Part shown: piece after piece, positions 27,116 through 37,872 of the stretch
Layout of the letters: every line of letters starts with the position of its first letter
Numbering within the stretch: position 1 is the stretch's first letter
Source of the DNA: Nitrospirota bacterium
GTDB taxonomy: Bacteria; Nitrospirota; UBA9217
Reading direction: 5' to 3'
Assembly (NCBI GenBank): GCA_963663225.1
Contig: OY760142.1
Span: 608,001-672,000, forward strand
Length of the DNA stretch: 64,000 nt
Position numbers and translations under genes: made by a program
The notes under the pieces: model-generated
Told to the model about the DNA's origin: nothing
Seen by the model: the letters and a program-made list of their open reading frames with translations, nothing else
Databases searched by the model: none

Positions 27116-27535
27116 ATGGAACAAAATTCAGCCGGGAAAAATATTGAATCGTATTGCACAAAATGCAAGTTAAATCTCGACCATATTATTATAGCAATGG
27201 ACGGCGAAACAATCGCCAGAGTGAAGTGTAAGACGTGCGGGAGCAACCATAAATTCAGAAGACCGGCTGATCCTCAGAAGGCCAGAAAACCGCGGATCAA
27301 AAAAGGCGCGGACGCCGCAGCAACAGCAGCAATACTCTGGGAAACCAGCATTGCGGAAGCTACCGGCAGAGAGTATGAATATACCATGACCGCCAAATAC
27401 CGCGTCGGCGACATTGTCAACCACCAGATATTCGGCAAAGGCGTGGTGCTGAAGCTGTACGCAAACAAGTGCGAAATGCTGTTTAAGGACAAAGAACGCC
27501 TGATGGCATCCGCCAATGAATACAGACGGGCATAA
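27116..27535 (+). CDS. Hypothetical zinc-ribbon protein with Tudor-like C-terminus
   Basis: CTKC...CKTC, then YRVGDIVNHQIFGKGVV; GAGGTG RBS. Confidence 0.75.
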   Translation: MEQNSAGKNIESYCTKCKLNLDHIIIAMDGETIARVKCKTCGSNHKFRRPADPQKARKPRIKKGADAAATAAILWETSIAEATGREYEYTMTAKYRVGDIVNHQIFGKGVVLKLYANKCEMLFKDKERLMASANEYRRA

Positions 27536-27686
27536 TTTCCAGCAGATACTCTCCTGCCGACTCAAGACATCCTCCCCGGCATACATTCATTTTCCGTATC
27601 ATTGCGAAAATAAGAAATCTTTCGCTGTCCTTGTCAGTGCAGGCGAATATCCTTGTCATGCATCGTTCCATCCGGCATAATGTCGC

Positions 27687-29201
27687 ATGCTGCTTATCCA
27701 CCCGCCCATCGCGAAGCCTTCAGAACCTCCCGCCGGCATTGCAAAGCTTTCCGGCGCACTGCGTGCACATACTGTCCCTCATCAGATTCTTGACGCAAAC
27801 ATCGAAGGCATGCTTCATCTTGCGGCGCATGCGGAGACCGGAAACGATACCTGGACCCGCCGGGCGAGAAAGAATCTGGACAATAATGTTTCCGCGCTCC
27901 GCAGTCCGCGACTATACGACTCGTTTGACAGCTACTGTCGTGCGGTACGGGACTTAAACCGGGTTCTTTCTGTTTCAGCCCGAAGTCTGAACACGGTCCC
28001 GGGGCTTGCAGACTACAGCCATCAACATCTTTCCCCGGTAAGGAGCGCAGACCTTATAGCCGCAGCCGAATGTCCGGAGCAAAATCCTTTTTATCCCTAT
28101 TTCAAAAGACGACTGGCTGAAATCATAACCGAGAAAAAGACCGGCATGCCTGTTGTCGGATTTTCGCTCAATTATCAGAGCCAGGCATTGTGCACTTTCA
28201 GCATGATCGGCCATATCAGGAAAGAGTTTCCTGAATTGCGGATTGTACTCGGAGGCGGGTTGGTAAGCTCATGGGTAAAACAGCCCACTTGGAAAAATCC
28301 CTTTGCAGGTCTTGTGGACCATCTGATCGCAGGCCCCGGAGAACGGCCGATGCTCGGCCTGGCCGGGATAACCAATGGCACGCATGAGCACTACCTTCCG
28401 AATTACCAGTCAATGCCTCTCCATGATTACCTGTCGCCCGGCCTTGTGCTTCCGTACAGCGGTTCGAACGGCTGCTACTGGCATCAATGCTCTTTTTGTC
28501 CTGAGACAGCAGAAAACAACCCCTATACTCCCATTCCGGTCCGGCAAACGCGAACAGACCTTTCATGCCTTATCGGAGAAACAAAGCCTGTGCTTGTCCA
28601 TCTTCTCGACAACGCGATCAATCCGGCGCTTATGCGGTCACTTGCGGACGATCCTGCCGGCGCGCCATGGTACGGGTTTGCACGGATCAACAGCGAGCTT
28701 GCAGATCCGGATTACTGCCTGCAGCTGAAACAATCCGGCTGCGTGATGCTGAAGCTCGGATTGGAATCCGGGGACCAGGGAGTGCTGGACGCACTGGGAA
28801 AGGGAATTGATCTTTCCGCCGCGTCGCGGGTTTTGCGAAATCTTCGGAAAGCCGGGATCGCCTCGTACGTGTATCTTCTTTTCGGCACTCCGCCTGAAAC
28901 AATGCAGGAAGCGCGCCGAACGCTTGATTTTATCGCAGCGCATCATGATGCCATCAGTTTTCTGAATTTGGCGATTTTCAATATGCCGCTTTGCAGACAG
29001 GGGGCCGGAGAGTTTCAAGCAAAGCAATTTTATGAAGGGGACTTGTCGCTCTATACTGATTTCAAGCATCCACGCGGATGGGACAGAATGCTGGTACGGC
29101 ATTTTCTGGATGACGAATTCAGGCGCCATCCCGCGGTAAAACCTATCCTGAAGAACAACCCGCCTTTTTTTACTTCCAATCATGCCGCGTTTTTTGCCTG
29201 A
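27687..29201 (+). CDS. B12-binding-domain radical SAM protein
   Basis: MLLIHPP...PPAGIAKL, VVGFSLNY, IVLGGG, GCYWHQCSFC, GLESG, YLLFGTP. Confidence 0.88.
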   Translation: MLLIHPPIAKPSEPPAGIAKLSGALRAHTVPHQILDANIEGMLHLAAHAETGNDTWTRRARKNLDNNVSALRSPRLYDSFDSYCRAVRDLNRVLSVSARSLNTVPGLADYSHQHLSPVRSADLIAAAECPEQNPFYPYFKRRLAEIITEKKTGMPVVGFSLNYQSQALCTFSMIGHIRKEFPELRIVLGGGLVSSWVKQPTWKNPFAGLVDHLIAGPGERPMLGLAGITNGTHEHYLPNYQSMPLHDYLSPGLVLPYSGSNGCYWHQCSFCPETAENNPYTPIPVRQTRTDLSCLIGETKPVLVHLLDNAINPALMRSLADDPAGAPWYGFARINSELADPDYCLQLKQSGCVMLKLGLESGDQGVLDALGKGIDLSAASRVLRNLRKAGIASYVYLLFGTPPETMQEARRTLDFIAAHHDAISFLNLAIFNMPLCRQGAGEFQAKQFYEGDLSLYTDFKHPRGWDRMLVRHFLDDEFRRHPAVKPILKNNPPFFTSNHAAFFA

Positions 29202-29299
29202 CGGCGTTTTTAAAAACTGCTTCCAGGGCGTTACAAATCAGGTCCTTGCAAATAAACAGCAGCACCGTCATAAAAACTCCGAACGTTCATGCCTGTTTG

Positions 29300-30820
29300 T
29301 TAATGCTGAGGAGGCGAGCTTCCGGGCGATTCGGCCCGCTGCATCAGAAACACCAGCGGGAAAATGCTCAGAATCAGCAGGCAGATGATCAGAAACGCGT
29401 CGTTAAAAGCAAGCGCCGTGGATTGCCGTATCAGCTCCTGGTAGATCACTCCATCGGCCCCTCCGGTCGGCTGCCCTTTGCCAGCGAGAAACTCTGAAAT
29501 TCTGGCGTGATAAAAAGGATATGTAAAATCAAAGGGAGACAGATGCTCCACAAGCCTGGATTGATGAAACTGTGCGTGACGCGATACGATGGTCGCCGAC
29601 ACGGCGATTCCCACGCTCCCTCCCAGGTTGCGGATCAGGTTATAAAAAGAAGTCGCCTCAGTCATATTCTCGCGGTGGATATGGGAAAGCGTCATGGTTG
29701 TCAACGGGATAAAAGTCATTCCCATGCCGAGTCCGAGGGCAACGCGGGGCCACACGAACGTCCAGAAATCCGCGGTAAGATTGAACCGGGACATCATAAA
29801 GGTGCTGAGGGCGCATATACTTATGCCTGCGATGAGAATGCGCTTGGGATCGACTTTGCTGACCAGTTTTCCCACGACAGGCATGGCGAGCAAGGTGGCT
29901 ATTCCGCCGGGTCCGAGCACCAGTCCCGCGTACAGTGAAGTGTATCCCATAAGTATCTGCAGAAAGATGGGCAGCAGGACAATGCTTCCGAACAGGTTCA
30001 AAAAGACAAAGAACATTACAACGCAGCCGCTCGTAAAGGTCCGGTCTTTCAGCAGCTTCAGATTGATAATGGGGCGATCTGAATAATACTCATTGATCAT
30101 CAGCAGAACAAGCGAGACCACGGAGATGACCGCAAACGTGGTGATCAGATCAGACGCAAACCAGTCTTCCCGCTCTCCCTTGTCCAGAACGAACTGGAGC
30201 GACCCGAGCCCTACGGCAAGAAACGCCAGGCCCCAGTAGTCTATCTTCATTTTCTGCCGTTTCATGTACGGAGGGTCATGAATGACGTACATATTCAGGA
30301 CTATGGAAAGAATCCCGATGGGAATGTTAATATAGAATATCCAGCGCCAGGACCAGGTGTCCGTTATCCATCCGCCGAGCAAAGGGCCGATGATGGGCCC
30401 CAGCATGGCGCCCATGCCGAAAATAGCCATGGCCGTGCCGTGCTTTTCACGGGGAAAGCTCTCGAGCAGAATGGATTGTGAGAGCGGCACCAGTCCTCCC
30501 CCGCCGATGCCCTGGATAACTCTGAAAAAGACCAGGCTCTGGAGGCTCCAGGCAGAACCGCACATGAACGAACTGAAAGTAAAAAGCGCTATGGAGCCGA
30601 GAAGGTAATTTTTTCTGCCGATGAGCCGCGAGAGCCAGGCGGCCATGGGAATCACGATGGCATTCGACACCAGATAGGCGGTAATGCACCAGGTTGACTC
30701 GTCGAATCCCGCGGAAAGCGACCCTCTGATGTGTTCGAGCGACACGTTCACTACCGACGTGTCGATGATCTCGATCAGCGTGGGAAGCATCACCGTTAAT
30801 GCGACAAGCCACCGGTTCAT
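29300..30820 (-). CDS. emrB: DHA2 (EmrB/QacA) MFS efflux permease
   Basis: IDTSVVNVSL, FRVIQGIGGG, GPLLGGWITDTWSWRWIFYINIP, RNLGGSVG. Confidence 0.93.
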   Translation of the reverse strand: MNRWLVALTVMLPTLIEIIDTSVVNVSLEHIRGSLSAGFDESTWCITAYLVSNAIVIPMAAWLSRLIGRKNYLLGSIALFTFSSFMCGSAWSLQSLVFFRVIQGIGGGGLVPLSQSILLESFPREKHGTAMAIFGMGAMLGPIIGPLLGGWITDTWSWRWIFYINIPIGILSIVLNMYVIHDPPYMKRQKMKIDYWGLAFLAVGLGSLQFVLDKGEREDWFASDLITTFAVISVVSLVLLMINEYYSDRPIINLKLLKDRTFTSGCVVMFFVFLNLFGSIVLLPIFLQILMGYTSLYAGLVLGPGGIATLLAMPVVGKLVSKVDPKRILIAGISICALSTFMMSRFNLTADFWTFVWPRVALGLGMGMTFIPLTTMTLSHIHRENMTEATSFYNLIRNLGGSVGIAVSATIVSRHAQFHQSRLVEHLSPFDFTYPFYHARISEFLAGKGQPTGGADGVIYQELIRQSTALAFNDAFLIICLLILSIFPLVFLMQRAESPGSSPPQH

Positions 30821-31821
30821 TTCACGAGCACCGTCGGCTCCACGGACATGCCGATGCGCAGGATATGGTTTTTGTCCGCCCCTTCGTCAAGGACGATCTT
30901 GACCGGTATGCGCTGCACGACCTTGACATAGTTGCCGGTGGCGTTTTCAGCCGGGAAAAGGGAAAAGGTCACGCCCGTTCCCGCCATGATGCTGTCAACC
31001 TTTCCGTTGAACGTCCTGCCGGGGTAGGAATCCACGCTCAACTCCACGGCCTGCCCCGGACGGATGTTTTCCATCTGGGTTTCCTTGAAGTTGGCGGTCA
31101 CCCAGATTTCGCCCAGCCCCACGACGGCCATCAAGGGCTGGCCCGCCTGTATCTGATTGCCGATCTGGACCGATTTTTTCGTCACATATCCGTCAATCGG
31201 GGCGACAATCTTTGTGTATTGATAGTTGAGTTCGGCCATGGCTGCCGTTGCCTCTTTCTGCTGAATGGTGGACGTCTGCGTCCGTTTCTGGGATTCCGCT
31301 GTTCGAAGCTGTTCCGCAGCGGCCTTCACCTGCGCCTGGGCCACCTCGTATGCCGTTATTGCCCGGTCATACTGTTCGCGTGAGAAAACCTCCTTCTGAT
31401 ACAGGTTTTCCGCACGGACCTTCTCGATCTCCGCAAGCTTGAAATTTGCTTGCTGCAAATCGAAGTTTGCTTTTGCCGCTGCGATCCGCGTTTCCGCTTC
31501 GGACAATTTCGCCCGTTCCGCGCCCACGGCAGAGGACGCTTCCCGCAGCCGGACCGTATAGTCAACGGGATCGATCTCGACCAGCAGGTCGCCTTTTTTT
31601 ACCGGCTGATTGTCCGCAACGGCAATCGCCTTCACGGTCCCGTTGATCTTCGCTGCAATGGTGTGTATATTGCCGTCGATAAAAGCATCGTCCGTCGTAA
31701 TGTGCGTCTTGCGGTACGACGTGTAAAAATACGTCCCTATCAGTCCTAGTATGACGATGAGGCCGACGATTATGAAGGCCTTCTTTTTCTTCCGCGCGTT
31801 GCCGCTCTGTTCTTCAACCAT
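30817..31821 (-). CDS. emrA: HlyD/EmrA membrane fusion protein
   Basis: TDDAFI, VTANFKETQ, FSLFPAENATGNYVKVVQRIPVKI. Confidence 0.93.
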   Translation of the reverse strand: MVEEQSGNARKKKKAFIIVGLIVILGLIGTYFYTSYRKTHITTDDAFIDGNIHTIAAKINGTVKAIAVADNQPVKKGDLLVEIDPVDYTVRLREASSAVGAERAKLSEAETRIAAAKANFDLQQANFKLAEIEKVRAENLYQKEVFSREQYDRAITAYEVAQAQVKAAAEQLRTAESQKRTQTSTIQQKEATAAMAELNYQYTKIVAPIDGYVTKKSVQIGNQIQAGQPLMAVVGLGEIWVTANFKETQMENIRPGQAVELSVDSYPGRTFNGKVDSIMAGTGVTFSLFPAENATGNYVKVVQRIPVKIVLDEGADKNHILRIGMSVEPTVLVK

Positions 31822-31845
31822 ATGCTCTCCCGCTCCCCTCCCGGG

Positions 31846-33150
31846 TTATTTTCCACTCCCCTGAACCCCATACACGCCCTGAAGATCTTTCCCCATGGAG
31901 TACAACAGCCCCGCCTCTGCCCGCTCCGCGTCATACCGCGCCCGCCACCAGTTCGTCTGGGCCGTGGACATGAGCGTGACCGCATCCAATACTTCAATGG
32001 CTGTTCCGACTCCCTCCTGGTACCGCAGCCGCTGCAGCCGGAGGTTCTCCTCTGCCTGTGCCACCGATGTCTTCATGACCTCGATCCGCTGCTCCGAACT
32101 CCGCAGATCCTGATGCGCGTTCTTTACATCCAGCCGGACCGCGTCAATGATCTTCTCTCTCGTGATCCGGAGCGAATGGAGTTCCGCTTTGCCCGCGGCC
32201 ACCCTGGCACGGGTCCCTCCGCCGGACGACAGGTTGATGCTGATCCCGGCAAGCAAAGACCAGTTGTCCTGGTGCACGACGTATTGGTTCTCCTGGTACT
32301 GGTATCCTCCCTGCAGGAAGAGGTTCGGCAGATATTCCGACCGGATGGACTTGATGCTTTCCTCCTGGCCTGAAATCCCGGCGTCTATTACCCCGATTTC
32401 CGGACTCTCCGCCTCTGCCGTTGCCCAGGCCTGTTCGAGCGTTATGGCCGGTATCGGGCTTTTGGCGACCTCCTCCGGCTGTACCGGGTCATTTAACGGC
32501 CGGAGCAGCTGGCTGTTCACCCGGGACGCCCGGAAGGACCGGAGGTTCTCTGCTAAAAGCAGCCGCTGGCGGGAATCCGCCAGCTTCACATCCGCTTCCA
32601 GCACTTCGTTCCGGGTGACCACGCCCGCGCTATACCGCGCGTCGGCGTCTTTTTTGTGGCCTTCGTACCGCTGGACGTCTTCCCCGGCCACCTGGAGCAG
32701 CTTGTCCGCTTCCAAAAGGTCATAATATGCAATGATAAAATCCAGGGCTGACCGGTTTGCGGCCCGCCGGGTCTCGATCTCTTTTGCTTTGAGTGCGTAT
32801 TTTGCCGCGTCTATGGAAGAATAGGTCTTGCCGAAATCGTACAGTATCTGGGTGGCGCTCAGACCGTAGGCGTAATACCGGTCATTGGATGTGGGCATGG
32901 TACCGAAGGGGGTTTTGGCCGCGGGCTGGTTTGCGAGCCACGTCTGGTTTGCGTAGACGTCGATCCTGGGAAACAGGCCGGAGCGCGCCGCCCATACGCT
33001 GCTCTGGGCAGACTCCTCGCGGGTCCGGGCTATCCGGATGTCCCGCCCCGTCTCCAACACAATCCGAAGACCCTCTCCCAAATTCAATGCCTCCGCTCCC
33101 AGTGGAAACAGAAAAACTATACATAGAAGTAAAAAAAATAGCTGCGGCAT
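31846..33150 (-). CDS. TolC family outer-membrane efflux protein
   Basis: Signal peptide, two OEP repeats (FPRIDV...LYDFG; YLPNL...RYQEGVGTAIEVLDA); first gene of the emrAB operon. Confidence 0.9.
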   Translation of the reverse strand: MPQLFFLLLCIVFLFPLGAEALNLGEGLRIVLETGRDIRIARTREESAQSSVWAARSGLFPRIDVYANQTWLANQPAAKTPFGTMPTSNDRYYAYGLSATQILYDFGKTYSSIDAAKYALKAKEIETRRAANRSALDFIIAYYDLLEADKLLQVAGEDVQRYEGHKKDADARYSAGVVTRNEVLEADVKLADSRQRLLLAENLRSFRASRVNSQLLRPLNDPVQPEEVAKSPIPAITLEQAWATAEAESPEIGVIDAGISGQEESIKSIRSEYLPNLFLQGGYQYQENQYVVHQDNWSLLAGISINLSSGGGTRARVAAGKAELHSLRITREKIIDAVRLDVKNAHQDLRSSEQRIEVMKTSVAQAEENLRLQRLRYQEGVGTAIEVLDAVTLMSTAQTNWWRARYDAERAEAGLLYSMGKDLQGVYGVQGSGK

Positions 33151-33325
33151 AAAGGGCCCTCGATAACAAGTAAAATGTAAGTAAGTACTATACTACACTA
33201 AAACAAGGGAAAAAAGTGAAGGTTCCGTCAACAATCATCACGTATATTCTGTGTATTTTTTCGCTTCACTCATCCACCCGGGCGGTTTATAGTGTCTCCA
33301 GCAGAGGTTGTGTAACGTGAAAAAC

Positions 33326-34252
33326 ATGCCGCTCGTAATTTCCGCCAGCAGAAGAACAGATATTCCGGCGTTTTATGCAGACTGGTTCGTAAACCGGCTG
33401 AAAGCAGGACGCGTTTTCGTTCTGAACCCGTACACGCACAAGCCGTTTTTGGTCTCGCTGCATCCCAAAGACGTCAGCGCAATCGTCTTCTGGTCAAAAA
33501 ACTATTTTCCTCTCCTGAATAAGCTGGAGGCTGTGGAACAGACAACAAAAAATCTGTTGTTTCATTTTAGCATAACCGCAAACAAAGAGCTGGAATCCGG
33601 CACTCCTGATATAAAAGACGCAGTGCGCGACTATCTGTTTCTTGCCAGGCGATATTCTCCAGAACAGGTCATCTGGCGGTATGATCCGGTCTGTATAACT
33701 GATGAACTGTCTTTTGCGGTATTTCAGGAACGGTTTGTTCACTGCGCTGAACTGCTGGGAGGATATGCAAAAAAAAGTTTCATAAGCTTTGCCCATCCTT
33801 ATAAGAAAGTCATCAGGAATCTGCATCAGCATTCCAAACAGACATTGGTTGATTTGTCCCAGGATAAAAAAAAGGAATACGCATTCCAGTTGGCGGAACT
33901 GGCAGAAAAGTGCGGCATCCGCCTTTTTGCCTGCTGCAATGATTATCTGGTTACCGGCCCCATACAAAAGGCCCGCTGTATAGACGGGCAGTATCTGTCC
34001 ACGCTCTTCCGGACTGCCATTGATACGCGCCCAGCCCATTCACGTAAAGAATGCACCTGTACAAGGAGCATGGATATCGGCGCATATGACACGTGCGCTC
34101 ACGGATGCTCGTACTGCTACGCGACCACGAACCACAAAAAAGCGGCTGACGTGCTTCGCCGGCATGATCCGGAATGGAATTCACTCACACGCCAAATCGA
34201 AGAATCCGAACTGCCAGCAATTGGTGAACAGACTATTCAATTTTTTCTGTAA
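33326..34252 (+). CDS. DUF1848 family protein
   Basis: ISASRRTDIPAFYADWF, IVFWSKN, WRYDP, DIGAYDTCAHGCSYCYA. Confidence 0.92.
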   Translation: MPLVISASRRTDIPAFYADWFVNRLKAGRVFVLNPYTHKPFLVSLHPKDVSAIVFWSKNYFPLLNKLEAVEQTTKNLLFHFSITANKELESGTPDIKDAVRDYLFLARRYSPEQVIWRYDPVCITDELSFAVFQERFVHCAELLGGYAKKSFISFAHPYKKVIRNLHQHSKQTLVDLSQDKKKEYAFQLAELAEKCGIRLFACCNDYLVTGPIQKARCIDGQYLSTLFRTAIDTRPAHSRKECTCTRSMDIGAYDTCAHGCSYCYATTNHKKAADVLRRHDPEWNSLTRQIEESELPAIGEQTIQFFL

Positions 34253-34285
34253 GACATCCTATCCGAGCGTTTTTTAAACGGCATA

Positions 34286-34330
34286 AAATAGAAAGAGAGC
34301 AGGAACGGCATCCCTGCTCTCTTTCTATTT
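34286..34330. terminator. Bidirectional intrinsic terminator
   Basis: AAATAGAAAGAGAGCAGG...CCTGCTCTCTTTCTATTT between convergent genes. Confidence 0.85.
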
Positions 34331-34350
34331 ATATTTCTCTGGAAAAATGT

Positions 34351-35919
34351 TTATTTCAAAAGAGGCGGCACACTTGCCGGGAGGCGGCGAAGTTTTGTTG
34401 CCTGTTCAAATGAATAGGCCAGTTTGAAAAGAGTATCTTCGCTCCACGGCCTGCCGAAAAAGTCAAGTCCGATAGGAACGCCCAGCGGCGCGTTTTTCGT
34501 CGGCGACGAAAATCCCGCCGGAACGTCTATGGCGGGGAAACCCGTCAATGCGGCAAGGATTCCATTCCGATCCGCCTGGTTATACTCCCCGACCGGAACA
34601 ACAAGGCGTTTTTGCAGGGGATACACGATCGCGTCAAGCCGGTTGTCGGCCATCAGGCTCATGACTGTCTGCTGAAGCTTTGCATTCCGCAATAGCCGGT
34701 CTTTGTAATCAGGCTCATTGAGCGGGTTCTCAAAGTGCTGCGCGTCCGTCAGAAATTTTTCAAGAGTCGGCTTATGGTACGTGCCAACAGCAAGAAATTC
34801 CGCCAGGTTCTTGACTGGCGCTTTTGGGCCCAAACCCGTCAGATAATTGTTAAAAGCCGTCTTGAACTCATAGCGCTGGACATCGCCTTCCGCGTTTAGT
34901 TTGCCTGCATCGAAAGCGGGGTCGCTTATTTCAATGACGACCGCACCCTGTTTTTTCATGGTCTCGATCGCTTTTGCCATGACGCGGTTGACCTCTTCAT
35001 GCTCGGGTTTTGTTCCGAAAAGCGTTTTCAAAACCCCTATTCGCGCCCCTTTGAGTCCGTTCTTGTTTAAAGAAGCTGCATAGGATTTTGTCCGGCCGAT
35101 GCTCCAGGCAGTCACCGGATCTGCCGGATCATATCCCGTCATAACGTCCATCATCAGGGCTGCATCTTTTACCGTGCGGACGATGGGACCGGTTGCGTCC
35201 TGCCACATTGAAACAGGGATAACCCCCGCCCTGCTCAGCAGTCCTTTGGTGGGACGCACTCCTACGGCATTGCACGCTGATGCGGGAGACCGGATCGAAT
35301 TGACCGTATCGGAACCCATTCCCAGAGTGCCGAAATTCGCGGCAATAGCAGCTCCCGTTCCGCCGCTTGAGCCACCCGGCGTCCTGGTGAGATCGTATGG
35401 ATCAAGCGTCTGCCCTCCGAGCGAACTTACCGTCGTCCCGGACAGGGCCATCTCATGCATGTTGGCTTTTGCGAGAATTAACGCGCCTGCAGACTTCAGT
35501 TTTTTCACCAGAAAACCGTCTTCGAGTGGCACCGATTTCTCGAGGACTTTAGATCCATCGGTCGTCGGCATGTCAGCTGTATCATAATTGTCTTTCAAAA
35601 TAGTCGGAATGCAGTGTAACGGCCCAACGAACCCGGATTTCGCGTATGCCTTATCAAATCCGTCTGCAATTTCCAGCGCCTTCGGATTGACCAAAAGAAT
35701 AGAGTTAAGCGCGGGGCCCTTTTTGTCATAGGCGTCTATCCGGGCAAGATACATCTCTACAAGTCCGCGGCAGGTCAATTTCCCCGATTTCATTGCAGAA
35801 TGAATACCGGTAACAGTCGTTTCCTCCAGCGTAAACTTCCTGTCTTGCGCCACACTATTGAGAGCAAAAGCGAATAACAGTACAATGACAAATCCAAAAA
35901 TCAATTTTCTCTTACTCAT
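34351..35919 (-). CDS. Secreted amidase-signature family enzyme
   Basis: Signal peptide; LKDN, PGGSSGGTGAA, GSDTVNSIRSPAS (Ser-cisSer-Lys triad). Confidence 0.92.
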   Translation of the reverse strand: MSKRKLIFGFVIVLLFAFALNSVAQDRKFTLEETTVTGIHSAMKSGKLTCRGLVEMYLARIDAYDKKGPALNSILLVNPKALEIADGFDKAYAKSGFVGPLHCIPTILKDNYDTADMPTTDGSKVLEKSVPLEDGFLVKKLKSAGALILAKANMHEMALSGTTVSSLGGQTLDPYDLTRTPGGSSGGTGAAIAANFGTLGMGSDTVNSIRSPASACNAVGVRPTKGLLSRAGVIPVSMWQDATGPIVRTVKDAALMMDVMTGYDPADPVTAWSIGRTKSYAASLNKNGLKGARIGVLKTLFGTKPEHEEVNRVMAKAIETMKKQGAVVIEISDPAFDAGKLNAEGDVQRYEFKTAFNNYLTGLGPKAPVKNLAEFLAVGTYHKPTLEKFLTDAQHFENPLNEPDYKDRLLRNAKLQQTVMSLMADNRLDAIVYPLQKRLVVPVGEYNQADRNGILAALTGFPAIDVPAGFSSPTKNAPLGVPIGLDFFGRPWSEDTLFKLAYSFEQATKLRRLPASVPPLLK

Positions 35920-35994
35920 TGCAGACTCCTTCCTTTCTGGCAAAATTTCCGGACTTTCCCGAACAGAATCCAGGTTTTAGACAGAATAAGCGTG

Positions 35995-36726
35995 TCATTT
36001 CTTCAGAAACCTATTGATAAACAGAAAATGTTTCTCCATCATTTTTACCGCTAAATTTTCATCTCCTTTCATAAGCGCGTTATAAACGTTTTTATGAACC
36101 TCGATAAACTGCTTTCCGATGTTAGGAACGGACAAAACGCCCGCACGCCGCTCATAATGGCTGTGTCGCAAAAAAGCGTCAATGATCTCGTAAACAAACA
36201 CGAACAAATCATTATGCGTGGCGCGCATGATTGCGAGATGAAACTCAACGTCTGTTTCCACTCCCAACTGATTTCTCGTAAGGTTTTTGGGCATGCGCCC
36301 GATTATCTCTTTAATATAGGCCAGTTCCTGAGGGGTCGCCCGTTTGGTTGCGAGCCGTACGGCTTCGCACTCAAGCGTGAGCCGCAATTCCAGAATGTTC
36401 TCGGAAATGGTCGGTTTCAGCATCAGCATCAATTCAAAGAAAGAAGCGAGCGAGTGTACGTTCGGGGGAAGTATATACGATCCCTGCCCCGGCACACTGA
36501 CGATAATGCCGATCATTTCAAGAGCCCGCAAAGCCTCCCGGAGACTTGCACGGCTTACACCGATACGGCTTCCCAGTTCGCGTTCCGGCAGGAGCCGGTC
36601 TCCCGATTTCAAGCCGCCTTTCAGAATTTCTTCCTTAAAATGCCGCAGGATGGTATCGAATGGCTTCGACTTGATAAGTGCAAGTGAAAGGCTCGTTTTG
36701 TCTTTGTCTGTTTGCGGTCTGTTCAT
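35995..36726 (-). CDS. GntR/FadR family transcriptional regulator
   Basis: GDRLLPERELGSRIGVSRASLREAL...GQGSY; FCD domain (DVEFHLAI). Confidence 0.93.
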   Translation of the reverse strand: MNRPQTDKDKTSLSLALIKSKPFDTILRHFKEEILKGGLKSGDRLLPERELGSRIGVSRASLREALRALEMIGIIVSVPGQGSYILPPNVHSLASFFELMLMLKPTISENILELRLTLECEAVRLATKRATPQELAYIKEIIGRMPKNLTRNQLGVETDVEFHLAIMRATHNDLFVFVYEIIDAFLRHSHYERRAGVLSVPNIGKQFIEVHKNVYNALMKGDENLAVKMMEKHFLFINRFLKK

Positions 36727-37085
36727 GGTTTATTGTGGTCTGCTCCTGGTCTGTTTTAGATACCATACTATGATGCCAATTACTCTGTCAAGCAGAAATA
36801 TTCTTCTCTTTCCGGAAAACTCTTCTCCAGTTGACAAGTTTCCAGGAATATCCTACATTATTAAAAATTACCAGCCGCGGCTTTCGCGAAAACCCAAAAA
36901 AAAAGGTTTTGTCATCAAGAGCACAGTGCAAAGAACCTGGCCGCTCCGATGCAACAGCTTATATTTTGTCGCGATTTTTTATATTGTCACCGGCCAGCCT
37001 CAGGATTAGCATGGCAATGCACACTGCGGAGAGCATTTTTTTACGTCTTAAGTAACTATAAAGCCAGGGTGGAGGAATTCGATAC

Positions 37086-37796
37086 ATGCAGGACAAAAGG
37101 CGACACAAACGGTTCAAAGTTGATCTGATGGAAATAAACGGCAAAATGAGCCTGGCAAACAGCGTGAAAATCATCGACATCAGCTATGGCGGCATCGCCA
37201 TTAAAGCGGACAGAAGGCTGAACATTTCCAAGGAAGTTGTCATCAAGCTCGGCGAAAAAGCAAAATCCATCGATGTTCGAGGCATTGTGGTCCGCTCCGA
37301 ACTGACCGGTATGGAGCCGCGGTCTGATGGAGAAAAGGTCTTGTTTTATACGGCAGGCATCATGTTCAAGGAAGGCCAGGCGAACATTATTGAGGATTTC
37401 CTCGGTTCGATCGAACAGCACAAGCATACAACCGTGCCGATCATGGTTGACCGCAGGTTGAGCATCCGGTTTCGTATCACCGATTCACACCAGAATATTT
37501 TAAGCTATCCCGCGCAGTTCAAGTTGACGGAAATCAGTCTGAGCGGCATGCGCATCCAGTCCGAGCAACCCTTGGACAAAGAAAGCCTGATCCCCATGGA
37601 ACTGTCCCTGAATGCAGACAGCTCCGTAACATTTATCGGCCGGGTCGCTTCCTGCACGATGATCAATACAGAAGGGCAGACGTATTACGAAACCGGTGTG
37701 GAATTCAGGAACCTGACCGATGAGGATACAGAGCTGCTCAAAATGTTTATAGACTACCTGGCGGATTCACAATCAGCGAGCACCGGAAGTCAATAA
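37086..37796 (+). CDS. Tandem PilZ-domain protein
   Basis: RRHKRF...DISYGG and RRLSIRF...EISLSG motifs; GGAGG RBS. Confidence 0.85.
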   Translation: MQDKRRHKRFKVDLMEINGKMSLANSVKIIDISYGGIAIKADRRLNISKEVVIKLGEKAKSIDVRGIVVRSELTGMEPRSDGEKVLFYTAGIMFKEGQANIIEDFLGSIEQHKHTTVPIMVDRRLSIRFRITDSHQNILSYPAQFKLTEISLSGMRIQSEQPLDKESLIPMELSLNADSSVTFIGRVASCTMINTEGQTYYETGVEFRNLTDEDTELLKMFIDYLADSQSASTGSQ

Positions 37797-37872
37797 AAAA
37801 ACCGGATGCGGCGCTTCATGACACACCAACCCTTCGCATGCGCATCCGCTTCAATATTCCGGGCATACCCGT

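Noticed and set aside
36860-37080. c-di-GMP riboswitch upstream of the PilZ gene
   Set aside because: Lacks the GGCAAA...GNRA...GCAAA signature; only an A-rich weak hairpin.
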